DNA of 63,828 nucleotides, the filler included, from a bacterium (GTDB taxonomy: Bacteria; UBP15; UBA6099; JAJRTR01), in the NCBI GenBank assembly GCA_024278215.1. It is 3 parts of 3 records of this genome, joined end to end, with 100 filler letters (N's around TTAATTAATTAA, not from the genome) between each part and the next. Parts side by side here need not be neighbours in the genome. Positions count along the whole stretch, not along the records: positions 19,220 to 49,043 come from JAJRTR010000045.1; 2 more parts are not named here. One strand, written 5' to 3'. The notes under the pieces were generated by a model that ran no database searches, was not told the DNA's origin, and was given only the letters and a program-made list of their open reading frames with translations. The translations under genes were made by a program, and so were the position numbers. Below are positions 39,690 to 49,143 of this stretch, piece after piece (position 1 is the stretch's first letter; every line of letters begins with the position of its first letter).

Positions 39690-40481
39690 ATGACGGCTTA
39701 TTTCGGCGGCTGCGATGTTGGCTCGACAACCGGCAAGTCCGTGATCCTTAAAGACGGCGAGATCGTCGCCGACGCAATTATCAAAAGCAGGATCGATCCT
39801 GAAGAAACCGCCAGGCTCGTCATGGCTGATGCAGTGTCGAAAACCGGTGGTATCGACCGTGTCGAGGACATTGCATACCTTGTCGGCACGGGTTACGGCA
39901 GGAACGAAGTCCCGTTCGCGAATGAAAATATTTCCGAGATCACCTGCCACTCCGTGGGAGCGCATTTCTGCGATCGGAAAATACGCACGATAATAGACAT
40001 CGGAGGGCAGGACGTAAAAGCAATATCCGTTAGAGACGATGGCTCGGTGCTCGAATTCGCGATGAACGACAAGTGCGCGGCCGGCACAGGGAAGTTCTTC
40101 GAAGCCATGAGCAGGACATTCGATATGAGCATCGAAGACTTCTCCAGGTTGCCGCTGAAGGCAAACAGACTGGTGCCGGTCACGGCCCAGTGCAGCGTGT
40201 TCGCGGAGACGGAAGTGGTAAGCCTCATAAGCAGAAAAAAGCCGCCCGCCGACATTGCGGCAGGCATACACGCGGCGGTAGCCAAACGCTGCTACACACT
40301 CGCGCGCCGTGTCGGCGTGCGTCCGAAGGTTACGATGACAGGCGGCTGCGCAAAAAATGCCGGTCTTATGCAGGCTCTGGAAAAAGTACTGCATTCGGAA
40401 GTCACGAGACTTGACTACGATCCGCAACTTGTCGGCGCACTCGGCGCGGCTGTCCTGGCGATGCGAAAATGCGACAGGTGA
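39690..40481 (+). CDS. ATP-dependent acyl-CoA dehydratase activase 2
   Basis: GCDVGSTTGK, EITCH, DIGGQDVK, MNDKCAAGTG, CSVFAETE; GGAGG RBS. Confidence 0.95.
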   Translation: MTAYFGGCDVGSTTGKSVILKDGEIVADAIIKSRIDPEETARLVMADAVSKTGGIDRVEDIAYLVGTGYGRNEVPFANENISEITCHSVGAHFCDRKIRTIIDIGGQDVKAISVRDDGSVLEFAMNDKCAAGTGKFFEAMSRTFDMSIEDFSRLPLKANRLVPVTAQCSVFAETEVVSLISRKKPPADIAAGIHAAVAKRCYTLARRVGVRPKVTMTGGCAKNAGLMQALEKVLHSEVTRLDYDPQLVGALGAAVLAMRKCDR

Positions 40482-40527
40482 CACAGAGCAACCCATATTA
40501 TGATGAACGCCGGAGCGTTCAATCCAT

Positions 40528-40583
40528 GCGTTCCCACCGGAGGGCACGGTGGGAACGGGGAGTACGGTGGGAACGATGGGAAC
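40528..40583. repeat. REP-like palindrome with tandem TGGGAAC units
   Basis: CGTTCCCACCG...CGGTGGGAACG hairpin plus two further TGGGAAC copies. Confidence 0.5.
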
Positions 40584-40659
40584 ATTTTTGCACTGCACAC
40601 ATATCGTGTTTGAACAATAACACCATACCTCTTTGCTATTTGGTGTGGGTAGAGAGCAG

Positions 40660-40725
40660 CACAGGCGAGACGCCCGTGCCTCCGAAAGATGATGTTATAT
40701 ATGTAGCACAGGCGTCTCGCCTGTG
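40660..40725. repeat. Inverted pair of GTAG-type REP sequences
   Basis: CACAGGCGAGACGCCCGTG and GTAGCACAGGCGTCTCGCCTGTG. Confidence 0.7.
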
Positions 40726-40809
40726 ACAAATGAAAGTTGCGTTGTAGTGTTAATATGTAGCAATAAAAAACAGATATACTGCAACAAAATGCAACTAATC
40801 GGAGCTAAA

Positions 40810-42156
40810 ATGAAAACGATACACAAAAAAGCAGACATCGTAATAGCAGGTTCGGGGCCGGGCGGCGCGACAGTGGCCTGCAAACTCGCGCGTGCAGGCA
40901 AAAAAGTATTGCTGCTCGAGAAGGGCCGCGATATCAAGTTCCTCGGCAATCACCTGACGGGACTTCTGATATCCGATAAGTTGGGCCTCAACTTCAGCGA
41001 AGAGGGCCTTAATATCGTTCGCGCTATTGTAACCGGCGGCTCGACGATAATGTATTGCGGCGCGGCAACACCACCACCAGACTACATAAAAACAAAATAT
41101 AAAATCGACCTGGACAAGTATGTGAACGAAACGATTGACGAACTCGATCTGAACCCCCTGCCTGATGAGATCATAGGCAAAGCGGGCCTGCGTATAATGG
41201 AAGCCGGCAATGAACTCGGCTATGAGTTTGAAAGAATGCGTAAATTCATCAATCCCGATAAATGCAGGTCTGTGTGCGGCGGCACTTGCATGATGGGCTG
41301 CCCGAGAGGCGCGAAATGGAGCGCTCGCGAATATATCAAGGAGATGCAGGCGGCGGGCGGAGAACTCGTCGTGCGCGCCGACGTGCAGCATGTGAAAATT
41401 GAAGACGGCGTGGCGACAGGAATGCTGGCGCACATCCCCGGCGGTTTCCTGGACGTGGACGCGGATGTTGTGGTTGTATCGGCAGGCGGCGTGGGAACCC
41501 CCTGCATACTTCAGAAATCGGGTCTGCACGAAGCAGGCCGGGGTATGTTCGTCGATCCGCTGGTCTTCGTCACCGGTGTGGCAAAAGACAGGGGCACATG
41601 TCTCGGTCCGCCCATGTCAGTCGGCACCTATAAAATGAACGAAGAAGGCATCGTGCTTTCAGACCTGATCGATCCGCTCTGGATGTGGGTGATTATGGCG
41701 GCGCTCAAGAACACGTCGAAGGTGCTCGACTTTCTCAAATACAGGCGTCAGTACGGCATAATGGTGAAGATAGGGGACGACCGGCAGGGTTTTGTAACAA
41801 TGGACGGCAGGATATCAAAACCGTTGACGGAACGCGACAGGTACAGGCTGAACCGCGGCGCGTCAATATCTCGCGAAATCCTTATAAAAGCCGGCTGCAA
41901 CTCGAAGTCCATCATCGTCGGACCTGTGCGCGGCGCACACCCGGGCTCGACAGCGCGAGTAGGAGAAGTGGTGGATACAAACCTCCAGACCAGGGTTAAG
42001 AATCTCTTTGTTTCCGACGCATCCGTCATACCCGAAGCGCTCGACCGCCCTGTGGTACTCACGATGATAAGCCTCGCAAAACGGCTCTCCGACCACTTGA
42101 TCGAAAATGTGTTTGGAAATGGTGGAATATCGTCAAAAATCGAGGAGAAACAATAG
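40810..42156 (+). CDS. GMC family FAD oxidoreductase
   Basis: GSGPGG, LLEKG, GGST, C..C..C..GC motif, SAGGVGTP, AHPGST, DASVIP. Confidence 0.9.
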   Translation: MKTIHKKADIVIAGSGPGGATVACKLARAGKKVLLLEKGRDIKFLGNHLTGLLISDKLGLNFSEEGLNIVRAIVTGGSTIMYCGAATPPPDYIKTKYKIDLDKYVNETIDELDLNPLPDEIIGKAGLRIMEAGNELGYEFERMRKFINPDKCRSVCGGTCMMGCPRGAKWSAREYIKEMQAAGGELVVRADVQHVKIEDGVATGMLAHIPGGFLDVDADVVVVSAGGVGTPCILQKSGLHEAGRGMFVDPLVFVTGVAKDRGTCLGPPMSVGTYKMNEEGIVLSDLIDPLWMWVIMAALKNTSKVLDFLKYRRQYGIMVKIGDDRQGFVTMDGRISKPLTERDRYRLNRGASISREILIKAGCNSKSIIVGPVRGAHPGSTARVGEVVDTNLQTRVKNLFVSDASVIPEALDRPVVLTMISLAKRLSDHLIENVFGNGGISSKIEEKQ

Positions 42157-42208
42157 AGTCAATTGCAAGCGACTCTATATTGTGCAACCGGCGAATCAAC
42201 CGGTGCAA

Positions 42209-42475
42209 CTACATCTTTTCGAGCGCAAGTTCCGTCGCGCCTTCCTGCACCATCGCTATCAGATCGTTAAGAAAATCTTCGTCTTTTTTAAGGTAAATCA
42301 TTATCTGTTGGGCCGCATCCTTATCGCCACCATTGCTTTTCATTATTCTCACAACTTCTTTCGGCAACTTCTTCCTTTTTATCATGCCTTTCCTGTAAAG
42401 CATAATAAAACCATTAACCCATGTGAAAAACTCGTTAACCGAAAGGATATGTCCGTCAATCTTATATTGCGACAT
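42209..42475 (-). CDS. Hypothetical protein (88 aa)
   Basis: GGGGG RBS; sigma-28-like promoter upstream; fills an intergenic gap. Confidence 0.65.
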   Translation of the reverse strand: MSQYKIDGHILSVNEFFTWVNGFIMLYRKGMIKRKKLPKEVVRIMKSNGGDKDAAQQIMIYLKKDEDFLNDLIAMVQEGATELALEKM

Positions 42476-42507
42476 AACAGCCCCCGTATACTATTGATCC
42501 AATTGCT

Positions 42508-42534
42508 CTATCGGCTTAAATATGCTCAACATTA
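42508..42534 (-). promoter_or_regulatory. Sigma-28-like promoter
   Basis: TAAT-N15-GCCGATAG. Confidence 0.5.
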
Positions 42535-42606
42535 TTATACCCTGTCTGCTTGTTTTTCATGTCGATGTGATTGAAATTACATAAAAAACCGGTCCGCAAC
42601 ATCGGG

Positions 42607-43599
42607 TCAGGCCAATTTACCCGAAGGAGCGGGCACTTTATCCAACAGGTCTTCGACGATGCGGTCGGATTTCACCCCCTCGGCTTCAGCGCTGAAGTTG
42701 GGGATCAGCCTGTGCCTGAAAACAGGCAGTGCAAGCGCCCTTACATCACCCACGGCGGCAGCGTCCGCGCCCCGCAGCAGCGCCTTTGCCTTCGCGCCTA
42801 AAATAAGGTTTTGTGACGCTCGCGGCCCTGCGCCCCAGGCGACCCACTTCTTGACAAACTCTGTCGCCGTCTCTTCAGCCGGCCTGCTCGCACGCACGAG
42901 ACTAACAGCATATTTCACCACATGATCCGGCGCAGGAACACTCCGCACCATCTCCTGCATTGCGATTATATCTTCTTTTCCCACAACCGCTTCCGTTGCG
43001 ACTTCAACACTCGCCGTTGTTTCCTTCACAATCCGCACTTCTTCATCGCTCGTGGGATAATCTACAATCACCTCGAACATGAACCTGTCCAGTTGCGCCT
43101 CCGGGAGCGGATACGTGCCTTCCTGCTCGATCGGATTCTGCGTCGCCAGCACAAAAAACGGCGGCTCCAGTGCGTATGTCTTCCCGCTGGCTGTTACTTC
43201 CATTTCCTGCATACTTTGCAGTAATGCAGCCTGCGTCTTCGGCGGCGTTCTGTTGATCTCGTCCGCGAGTATAACATTCGCGAAAATCGGCCCCCGCAGA
43301 AATCTGAACTCCATGCCCCGCTCACCTTCCTCCAGAATATCAGTACCAGTGATATCCGACGGCATCAAGTCGGGTGTAAACTGTATACGATTAAAATCAA
43401 GAGTCATTGCCCCGGCGATAGTGCGCACAAGCAACGTCTTCGCCAGTCCGGGTACGCCGACGAGTAGAACGTGTCCCCTCGCCATAAGACCGATAAGCAC
43501 CTGTTCAATAACATTTTCCTGCCCCACAATAACTTTTGCTATCCGGGTACGAATATCTCTCATGAGTTCCGCTATTTTTTCTGTAGTCATATTCTGCAC
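42607..43599 (-). CDS. moxR: MoxR family AAA+ ATPase
   Basis: GVPGLAKT, RIQFTPDLMPSD, DEINRTPPKTQ, ATQNPIEQEGTYPLPEAQLDRF. Confidence 0.95.
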   Translation of the reverse strand: MQNMTTEKIAELMRDIRTRIAKVIVGQENVIEQVLIGLMARGHVLLVGVPGLAKTLLVRTIAGAMTLDFNRIQFTPDLMPSDITGTDILEEGERGMEFRFLRGPIFANVILADEINRTPPKTQAALLQSMQEMEVTASGKTYALEPPFFVLATQNPIEQEGTYPLPEAQLDRFMFEVIVDYPTSDEEVRIVKETTASVEVATEAVVGKEDIIAMQEMVRSVPAPDHVVKYAVSLVRASRPAEETATEFVKKWVAWGAGPRASQNLILGAKAKALLRGADAAAVGDVRALALPVFRHRLIPNFSAEAEGVKSDRIVEDLLDKVPAPSGKLA

Positions 43600-43681
43600 G
43601 GCCTTCTCTTTCTATAGCTGTTCAGATATAAATAATAACCTTTTCCTGCTCTTAAGTGAAGGATTTGCCACAAAGGGCAGC

Positions 43682-43702
43682 TGTCGTGTCAACGATGAAA
43701 AG
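43682..43702 (+). repeat. 21-bp dispersed repeat (probable IS end)
   Basis: TGTCGTGTCAACGATGAAAAG, identical at 46362-46382 and near-identical inverted at 30792-30811. Confidence 0.65.
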
Positions 43703-43863
43703 TCACAATATATCAGATTCAAGTGTAATCGTAACGGGGGATGACATTTGTCAACTGACGATGAGCAACAACAGTAAACAGGCAAAGAGCTTTTTCGTGC
43801 ATTTACACCGACTTCAACACCAAAGGCTGCACTGGAGATAACTAGTTATACACGAATCAAATA

Positions 43864-44463
43864 TTACTTTGCCAGAAGCATGTCGAGCAGCGTGTCCGGC
43901 GGGGGAGTCCTGTGTTTGTAAACAAGTCTTCCCTTTGCGTCGAACACGATATTGAGCGGAACCGCCGAAATTCTAAAGTACTTCGAGTTATCGTTAAGGT
44001 AATAAACACGAAGTGGATACTTCATCTGCCATTTATCGCGCGCGCTCAGGATTTTCTCCTTTGGGTCCTGTGCGCTCGAAGCAAAAACAGCCAGACCCGC
44101 GCCGGAATACTTTTCATATATCTCATTTATGCGCGGCACCTGCGCCATGCAGGGGCCGCCGCCACTGAGGAAAAACGCGACATAAACCGGTTTGCCGTCG
44201 GCAAGCTGTGATAGCCTGGCCGGTTTGCCGTCGAGGTCGCGCAGGATGATATTCGCGAACGGCGGCTCTTCAGGCTGCTTCGGTTCTTCCACCGTTTTCT
44301 TTTCAGGAGCGGCTTGGGCAGTCGTTTCCTGTTGCTGCGCCCGGGGCGCTTTCTCACTCTCACTTTTGTTGTCTCCAGTGCCGCCGCTGTTGCTGCATGA
44401 GGCGACAAAGACAAGCGAAATAACCATTATCAATATTGCCGAAATATTCCTGTAGTGTTTCAT
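43864..44463 (-). CDS. TlpA/redoxin-like lipoprotein
   Basis: Lipobox VASC, low-complexity linker, LRDLDGK, GGPC active-site region, cis-Pro AVP; GAGGAG RBS. Confidence 0.8.
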   Translation of the reverse strand: MKHYRNISAILIMVISLVFVASCSNSGGTGDNKSESEKAPRAQQQETTAQAAPEKKTVEEPKQPEEPPFANIILRDLDGKPARLSQLADGKPVYVAFFLSGGGPCMAQVPRINEIYEKYSGAGLAVFASSAQDPKEKILSARDKWQMKYPLRVYYLNDNSKYFRISAVPLNIVFDAKGRLVYKHRTPPPDTLLDMLLAK

Positions 44464-44671
44464 AAGTTCGATTCTCCTCTTTTTTCGCATTATTATCCAT
44501 TCTACTTAAAATACCTGTATATTCAAGGAATATCAGCGATTCACAGTTGACATCAGTTCCACGGAATCTTTGCAGGTGCAATTTGATAATGAAAAAGTGA
44601 AAAATCACAATATATGCGCGTATAATATCATAGGTCTTTTTGAGAATAACGTTATCGGGTGAAAACTAATA

Positions 44672-45520
44672 ATGAATTGCAGTGCATGTGGAACACAATT
44701 ACGGAATGACGCTGACAAATGCCGCGCCTGCGGACATCCTGTATCCAGACCGAATGTCCATGGCGGCCTATCCGGTGCGTCGAAAGTTTTTATCAGTGCC
44801 GGACGGCAACGGAACAGACAGCAGGGGGGAGAAACTCCGGACGAAAGCGCTGTAGAAGAAAAACAACCGGTGTGGAACCGGAAGTTTGTTTTTTTACTAT
44901 CGATTGCAGGCATTCTGATTATGGTTGCAGCAAATGTTGTCGGGGAGATCGAAGACAACCCGATCAAACAGTTCTACCTGGTAATAGTTGTTATGGCGAC
45001 TGTGGTAATACCCATTGTGCAGGTGATTTCCCAGAGGCGTGCCATGGCGGGACAATACATGAGAAATCTGGACATTCTGCACGATCTGCTCGAACTTCAA
45101 ATCGGTATTCTTATTGATCCGAAAGAAAAAATCGTCGACGAGGCCATAGCGGTTTCAGGGCGCGGGCAGGAGCTTCTGATACTGACGCCCCGGCGGCTTG
45201 TATGGATCACAACACAGCAGGCAGGTGGTGTTCTCGAACCGGTCACCGCATATTCATTGCTGCTTGGCAACATAAAAAGCGTGGTATATAAAAAACTTAC
45301 CGGCAAATTTATTTTGCGGCTGGACACGGGCGAAAAGCAGACATTCGGACTGCCACCATCGAGTGAAGCCGAGGGATTCGCCGCACAGGTGGACTTCCGA
45401 ATGCGCCATGCTGCCGCGTTGCGTGCGGAAAAAGATAATGAGCCTGTGACTGCTCTCTGCCTGAAGTGCGGACGCTATACCGCGCGAGGCGGGAATCTGT
45501 GTGATAAGCACGTCGGCTGA
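44672..45520 (+). CDS. Zinc-ribbon membrane protein
   Basis: N-terminal CSAC..CRAC, two TM helices, PH-like region, C-terminal CLKC..C..H. Confidence 0.7.
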   Translation: MNCSACGTQLRNDADKCRACGHPVSRPNVHGGLSGASKVFISAGRQRNRQQGGETPDESAVEEKQPVWNRKFVFLLSIAGILIMVAANVVGEIEDNPIKQFYLVIVVMATVVIPIVQVISQRRAMAGQYMRNLDILHDLLELQIGILIDPKEKIVDEAIAVSGRGQELLILTPRRLVWITTQQAGGVLEPVTAYSLLLGNIKSVVYKKLTGKFILRLDTGEKQTFGLPPSSEAEGFAAQVDFRMRHAAALRAEKDNEPVTALCLKCGRYTARGGNLCDKHVG

Positions 45521-45632
45521 ATGCGCGGCGAACTCGATAGCCGGTTGCCGCAGTTTGCATACCGGTGACGGTGATGATAATATCTGCAATGTACTTTCGC
45601 AGATAAATGAAATCGTAACGGAGGCAATAAAT

Positions 45633-46361
45633 ATGAACGATACTCTTTATAAAAACATAATGGAAGCGATTACGAAGATACAGGAAACGCAGGGAGAGAA
45701 TATACAAACAGCCGCCGGTTTCGTAGCGGATACACTCAGGAGGGATGGCCTGATCCGACCGTTCGGCACAGGGCATTCGCACCTTGTGGCGACGGAGATG
45801 TACCAGCGGGCGGGCGGGTTGTGTCCTGTGGCGCCGCTGCTTGAGGGCAACTTGATGATGCACGAGGGCGGGCGCAAGAGCGGTTCTCTCGAACGTCTTT
45901 CAGGATACGCTGCCGCGTTGCTTGGTCTGCATGATGTTGAAAGCAAAGACACATTGATTGTGATTTCACAGTCGGGCCGCAATTGCGCTCCTGTCGAGAT
46001 GGCGATAGAGGGCCGCAAGCGCGGTATGAAAACTATCGGCATAACTTCTCTGACACACTCGAAATCGGTCATTTCAAGGGTTCCATCAGGGAAAAGACTT
46101 TTTGAAGTAGTGGATGTCGCTATCGACAATTGCGCTCCTGTCGGCGACGCATCGGTAGAAATCGAGAGAATCCGGAGTACGGTAGCGCCGCTGTCGACAA
46201 TGACCGGTGTCTATATATGGCACCAGATACAGATTGCCGCAATTGATATTTTGCTTGAAGAGGGTATCGAGCCGCCGGTGTTTTTCAGCAACAACGCGCC
46301 GGGCGGCGACGAGCATAATTTCAATCTCTATATGAAATTTCGTGATCGCGTGAAATTCTAG
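45633..46361 (+). CDS. SIS-domain sugar isomerase-like protein (UPF0309-like)
   Basis: FGTGHSH, RAGGL, ISQSGRN, PPVFFSNN; GGAGG RBS. Confidence 0.9.
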   Translation: MNDTLYKNIMEAITKIQETQGENIQTAAGFVADTLRRDGLIRPFGTGHSHLVATEMYQRAGGLCPVAPLLEGNLMMHEGGRKSGSLERLSGYAAALLGLHDVESKDTLIVISQSGRNCAPVEMAIEGRKRGMKTIGITSLTHSKSVISRVPSGKRLFEVVDVAIDNCAPVGDASVEIERIRSTVAPLSTMTGVYIWHQIQIAAIDILLEEGIEPPVFFSNNAPGGDEHNFNLYMKFRDRVKF

Positions 46362-46382
46362 TGTCGTGTCAACGATGAAAAG
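46362..46382 (+). repeat. 21-bp dispersed repeat (probable IS end)
   Basis: Identical to 43682-43702; preceded by CTAG. Confidence 0.65.
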
Positions 46383-46500
46383 ACGACCGCAACACTTTTG
46401 CCGGTTGAATCGAAGTTATGGTATTCCGGATATCCCCAAGGGATTCTTCACCTGGTTGCTATGTTGCAATAAATCCGGGTTACCTGCAAACAGATACAAA

Positions 46501-47544
46501 TCAGGTGACTTGCGCCCCCGTGTTGTTTTTCGAAGAATCGGTCTTATTATTTCCTTTTACAGGTAAGTTGCTGACATACAGATATGCACCTGTAAGAAGG
46601 AGAATATTCAGGATAAGGTGCGAAAAGAAACCGACATTATTCAGTGGATTAGCGCCGGTGTCTGAAAGCATTGCCCCTTTTATCATCGGGGTGAGAATCA
46701 GCATGAGAAGAGTGGTTGCGAAGAGAGCGAAAGAATTGAAATTGCTGGCGGCATCTCTCTTTCCGATAAGTTTTCCTGTGCCGAGTACAGCAAATATAAA
46801 CATTACGCTGATTATGCCGATAGACGAAAGAGACCTGAAAATCTCGCCGGCGAGAATAATACAAACGGCCATTTCTACAGCCATAAGCCCCCTGATGTTT
46901 TTAAATCTGTCGGGGACAGGTATTGTGAGATCAAAAGCCATCATTATCAAGAAGGCAAGGATCAAGGCATACAAGAACCAGAGTACACCGGGGAAACCGA
47001 TAACAATCCCGGTTGGAGCGCCGGTTCTGAAACCCGTATCGGGAGTACGTCCGAAAGGGAATACCTGCGTGAATATAAGAAAAATGATCGAAACCGACCA
47101 CAGGATGATTGTTTTGTGCGGGATAGGCATGGGCGGCTCGTATGGCATCTCCGGCTCGCCGGGCTGTTCTTCAATAATTGGTTGAACTTCGGGAAGATTT
47201 TCTTTTTTCTCCGCAGCCATCATTCCGTATTTTTTGTTGATGGAAACCGGCGTGGGAAGCTCCGGGGCGATATGTGTACCGCAGGATGTACAGAATTTCG
47301 CGCCGGGCGCCAGGGCTCTGTTGCAACTGGGACAATTCCTTATTTTTATGACGATCCGGTTGTCGTCGGGTTCGGTGTCGAATTCTTCTTCTATGCCGAG
47401 CGACCGGGACACAAGCCGCTTTTTCATTCTTTTCTTTTGTTTTTTATCAATCGGTCGTTCGTAGCCGCAGTACATGCAGTCCGGCCTGTCGATATATATC
47501 GGCCTGCCGCATTTTGGACATTTTTCATTTTCCGGAGATTCCAT
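46501..47544 (-). CDS. Double zinc-ribbon membrane protein
   Basis: Four CxxC motifs followed by about 6 TM helices. Confidence 0.7.
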   Translation of the reverse strand: MESPENEKCPKCGRPIYIDRPDCMYCGYERPIDKKQKKRMKKRLVSRSLGIEEEFDTEPDDNRIVIKIRNCPSCNRALAPGAKFCTSCGTHIAPELPTPVSINKKYGMMAAEKKENLPEVQPIIEEQPGEPEMPYEPPMPIPHKTIILWSVSIIFLIFTQVFPFGRTPDTGFRTGAPTGIVIGFPGVLWFLYALILAFLIMMAFDLTIPVPDRFKNIRGLMAVEMAVCIILAGEIFRSLSSIGIISVMFIFAVLGTGKLIGKRDAASNFNSFALFATTLLMLILTPMIKGAMLSDTGANPLNNVGFFSHLILNILLLTGAYLYVSNLPVKGNNKTDSSKNNTGAQVT

Positions 47545-47660
47545 AGTTACATTGTATTGATTTTAGAAACAACGGCAATAAAAAAGGGAATAGTAATAAC
47601 AGGATAAGCAGAATCTGCTATAAATGACACTACGAAAACAAGCGGCGAACGAGGCGTGTT

Positions 47661-47864
47661 CTAAGCTTTAACCAACCTGCTTGAAATGTATTCGAGACAT
47701 TTCTCGCGGTCTCCATTGCCTATGTTGGCGCGGTATACGCGGCACTGGTAATAGCCGCGGCTTGTGCAATACATCCGGTATTCCTTGGGTTTCGGTTTGA
47801 GTGTACCGAAACTACCTGTTTCACAGTAAGGTCTGTCGAGCTCGATCAAAAACGGGCACTGCAT
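47661..47864 (-). CDS. Small Cys-rich hypothetical protein
   Basis: MQCPFL..YC...P...YC...YQC..Y; AAGGAG RBS. Confidence 0.7.
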   Translation of the reverse strand: MQCPFLIELDRPYCETGSFGTLKPKPKEYRMYCTSRGYYQCRVYRANIGNGDREKCLEYISSRLVKA

Positions 47865-48002
47865 GAAAACATCTCCTTTTTGGCCCTGTAAATAGTAATA
47901 TTTTATATAGGGCTATCCAAATCCTCCTTTCCCCAAAATCCCAAATAAAAATTATACATCATTTATCATTTATACGCCACAATATTTAAATAATTTTTGT
48001 CA

Positions 48003-48872
48003 CTATTGTTTTTCCTGGGAATTGATATAGTAGCTGTAACCGAGAACCTGTATCTCGCGCCCGAGCTTCTGCGCGTTCTTTTTGTCTCTGAATGCGCCTA
48101 CCTGCACTCGATAACGAGTTTCTCCGTCAACGTCGACTTTCGCAATATATACTTCGATTCCCACTTCCGACTCAACCTTTTCTTTGAAGCGGTTGGCGTT
48201 TTCTTCATCTTTGAAATTTCCGAGTTGGAGTACATAAATTACATTTTCAGGGACTTCCTTCTGCTTATTATTTTGTTCTATATTGTTTTCCGGTTTCTCC
48301 TGCACAGGTACAGGGGGCTCCTTCGCGGACGCTGTTTCCACTTCTTTTTCAGGTGTCGGTGCAGTTGTTTTTTTCTCTGCTTCGGGGGCTGCCGCCCGTT
48401 TTTTGTATAGCTTCTTTTCGGGGCTTTCCATAACGGCTTTCTTTTCGATGATGATTGTTCCGGACTCTGAGTGAGGTGTTTCGCTGGTGATTTTCTGCAC
48501 CGGCGCTGCTTTCGACCCTTTCGCCGCATGGGCAGACGTCTTCATTTTTTCTGTTTTCTTTTTCTCCTTCGGGGGAACCGGGATGCTTGCGACCTGTTTG
48601 GGAACCGCGCTCTCGATCCTGTCAATCCGGGCTATAGCCTCCTTCGATGCGCTTTTGACGGTATTGGCGTCATCGTAGTTTTCGTTGACCTCGTCAACTC
48701 TTGTAACAACTGCGGTTTTGTCTTTGTCGAGGAAAACTTTTGCCAGGTAACTACCTGTATAAAGAGCTCCGACTGTGACGATAACTATGCCCAGCACAAT
48801 AACGACCCAGAAATAGTCGCGCCGACCGGTGTTGTCGTCCAGCATCTTTTCGTCGGGTTTGAATTCATCCAT
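48003..48872 (-). CDS. SPOR-domain membrane protein (FtsN/DedD-like)
   Basis: Single TM helix, K/E/P-rich linker, YVLQLGNFKDEENA...YRVQVGAF. Confidence 0.9.
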   Translation of the reverse strand: MDEFKPDEKMLDDNTGRRDYFWVVIVLGIVIVTVGALYTGSYLAKVFLDKDKTAVVTRVDEVNENYDDANTVKSASKEAIARIDRIESAVPKQVASIPVPPKEKKKTEKMKTSAHAAKGSKAAPVQKITSETPHSESGTIIIEKKAVMESPEKKLYKKRAAAPEAEKKTTAPTPEKEVETASAKEPPVPVQEKPENNIEQNNKQKEVPENVIYVLQLGNFKDEENANRFKEKVESEVGIEVYIAKVDVDGETRYRVQVGAFRDKKNAQKLGREIQVLGYSYYINSQEKQ

Positions 48873-49043
48873 AATCAAATCACTTCCTAACTGTAATCTC
48901 CATTTTTTATTATATATTTTTGCGTTTAGTGTTAAATACTGGACAGTACCAAGTTTACCATCAAGCTGCAAGGCGAAAGTCAGGTAATCTACCAGGGTCG
49001 GCGTTTTCGAGGATGAATAACGCAAGGTCGGCCTGATTATCCC

Positions 49044-49143
49044 NNNNNNNNNNNNNNNNNNNNNNNNNNNNNNNNNNNNNNNNNNNNTTAATTAATTAAN
49101 NNNNNNNNNNNNNNNNNNNNNNNNNNNNNNNNNNNNNNNNNNN
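49044..49143. other. Artificial contig linker
   Basis: N run with TTAATTAATTAA. Confidence 0.97.

Noticed and set aside
44150-44170. Selenocysteine recoding in the TlpA-like gene
   Set aside because: The codon is GGC, not TGA; no in-frame TGA read-through candidate was seen
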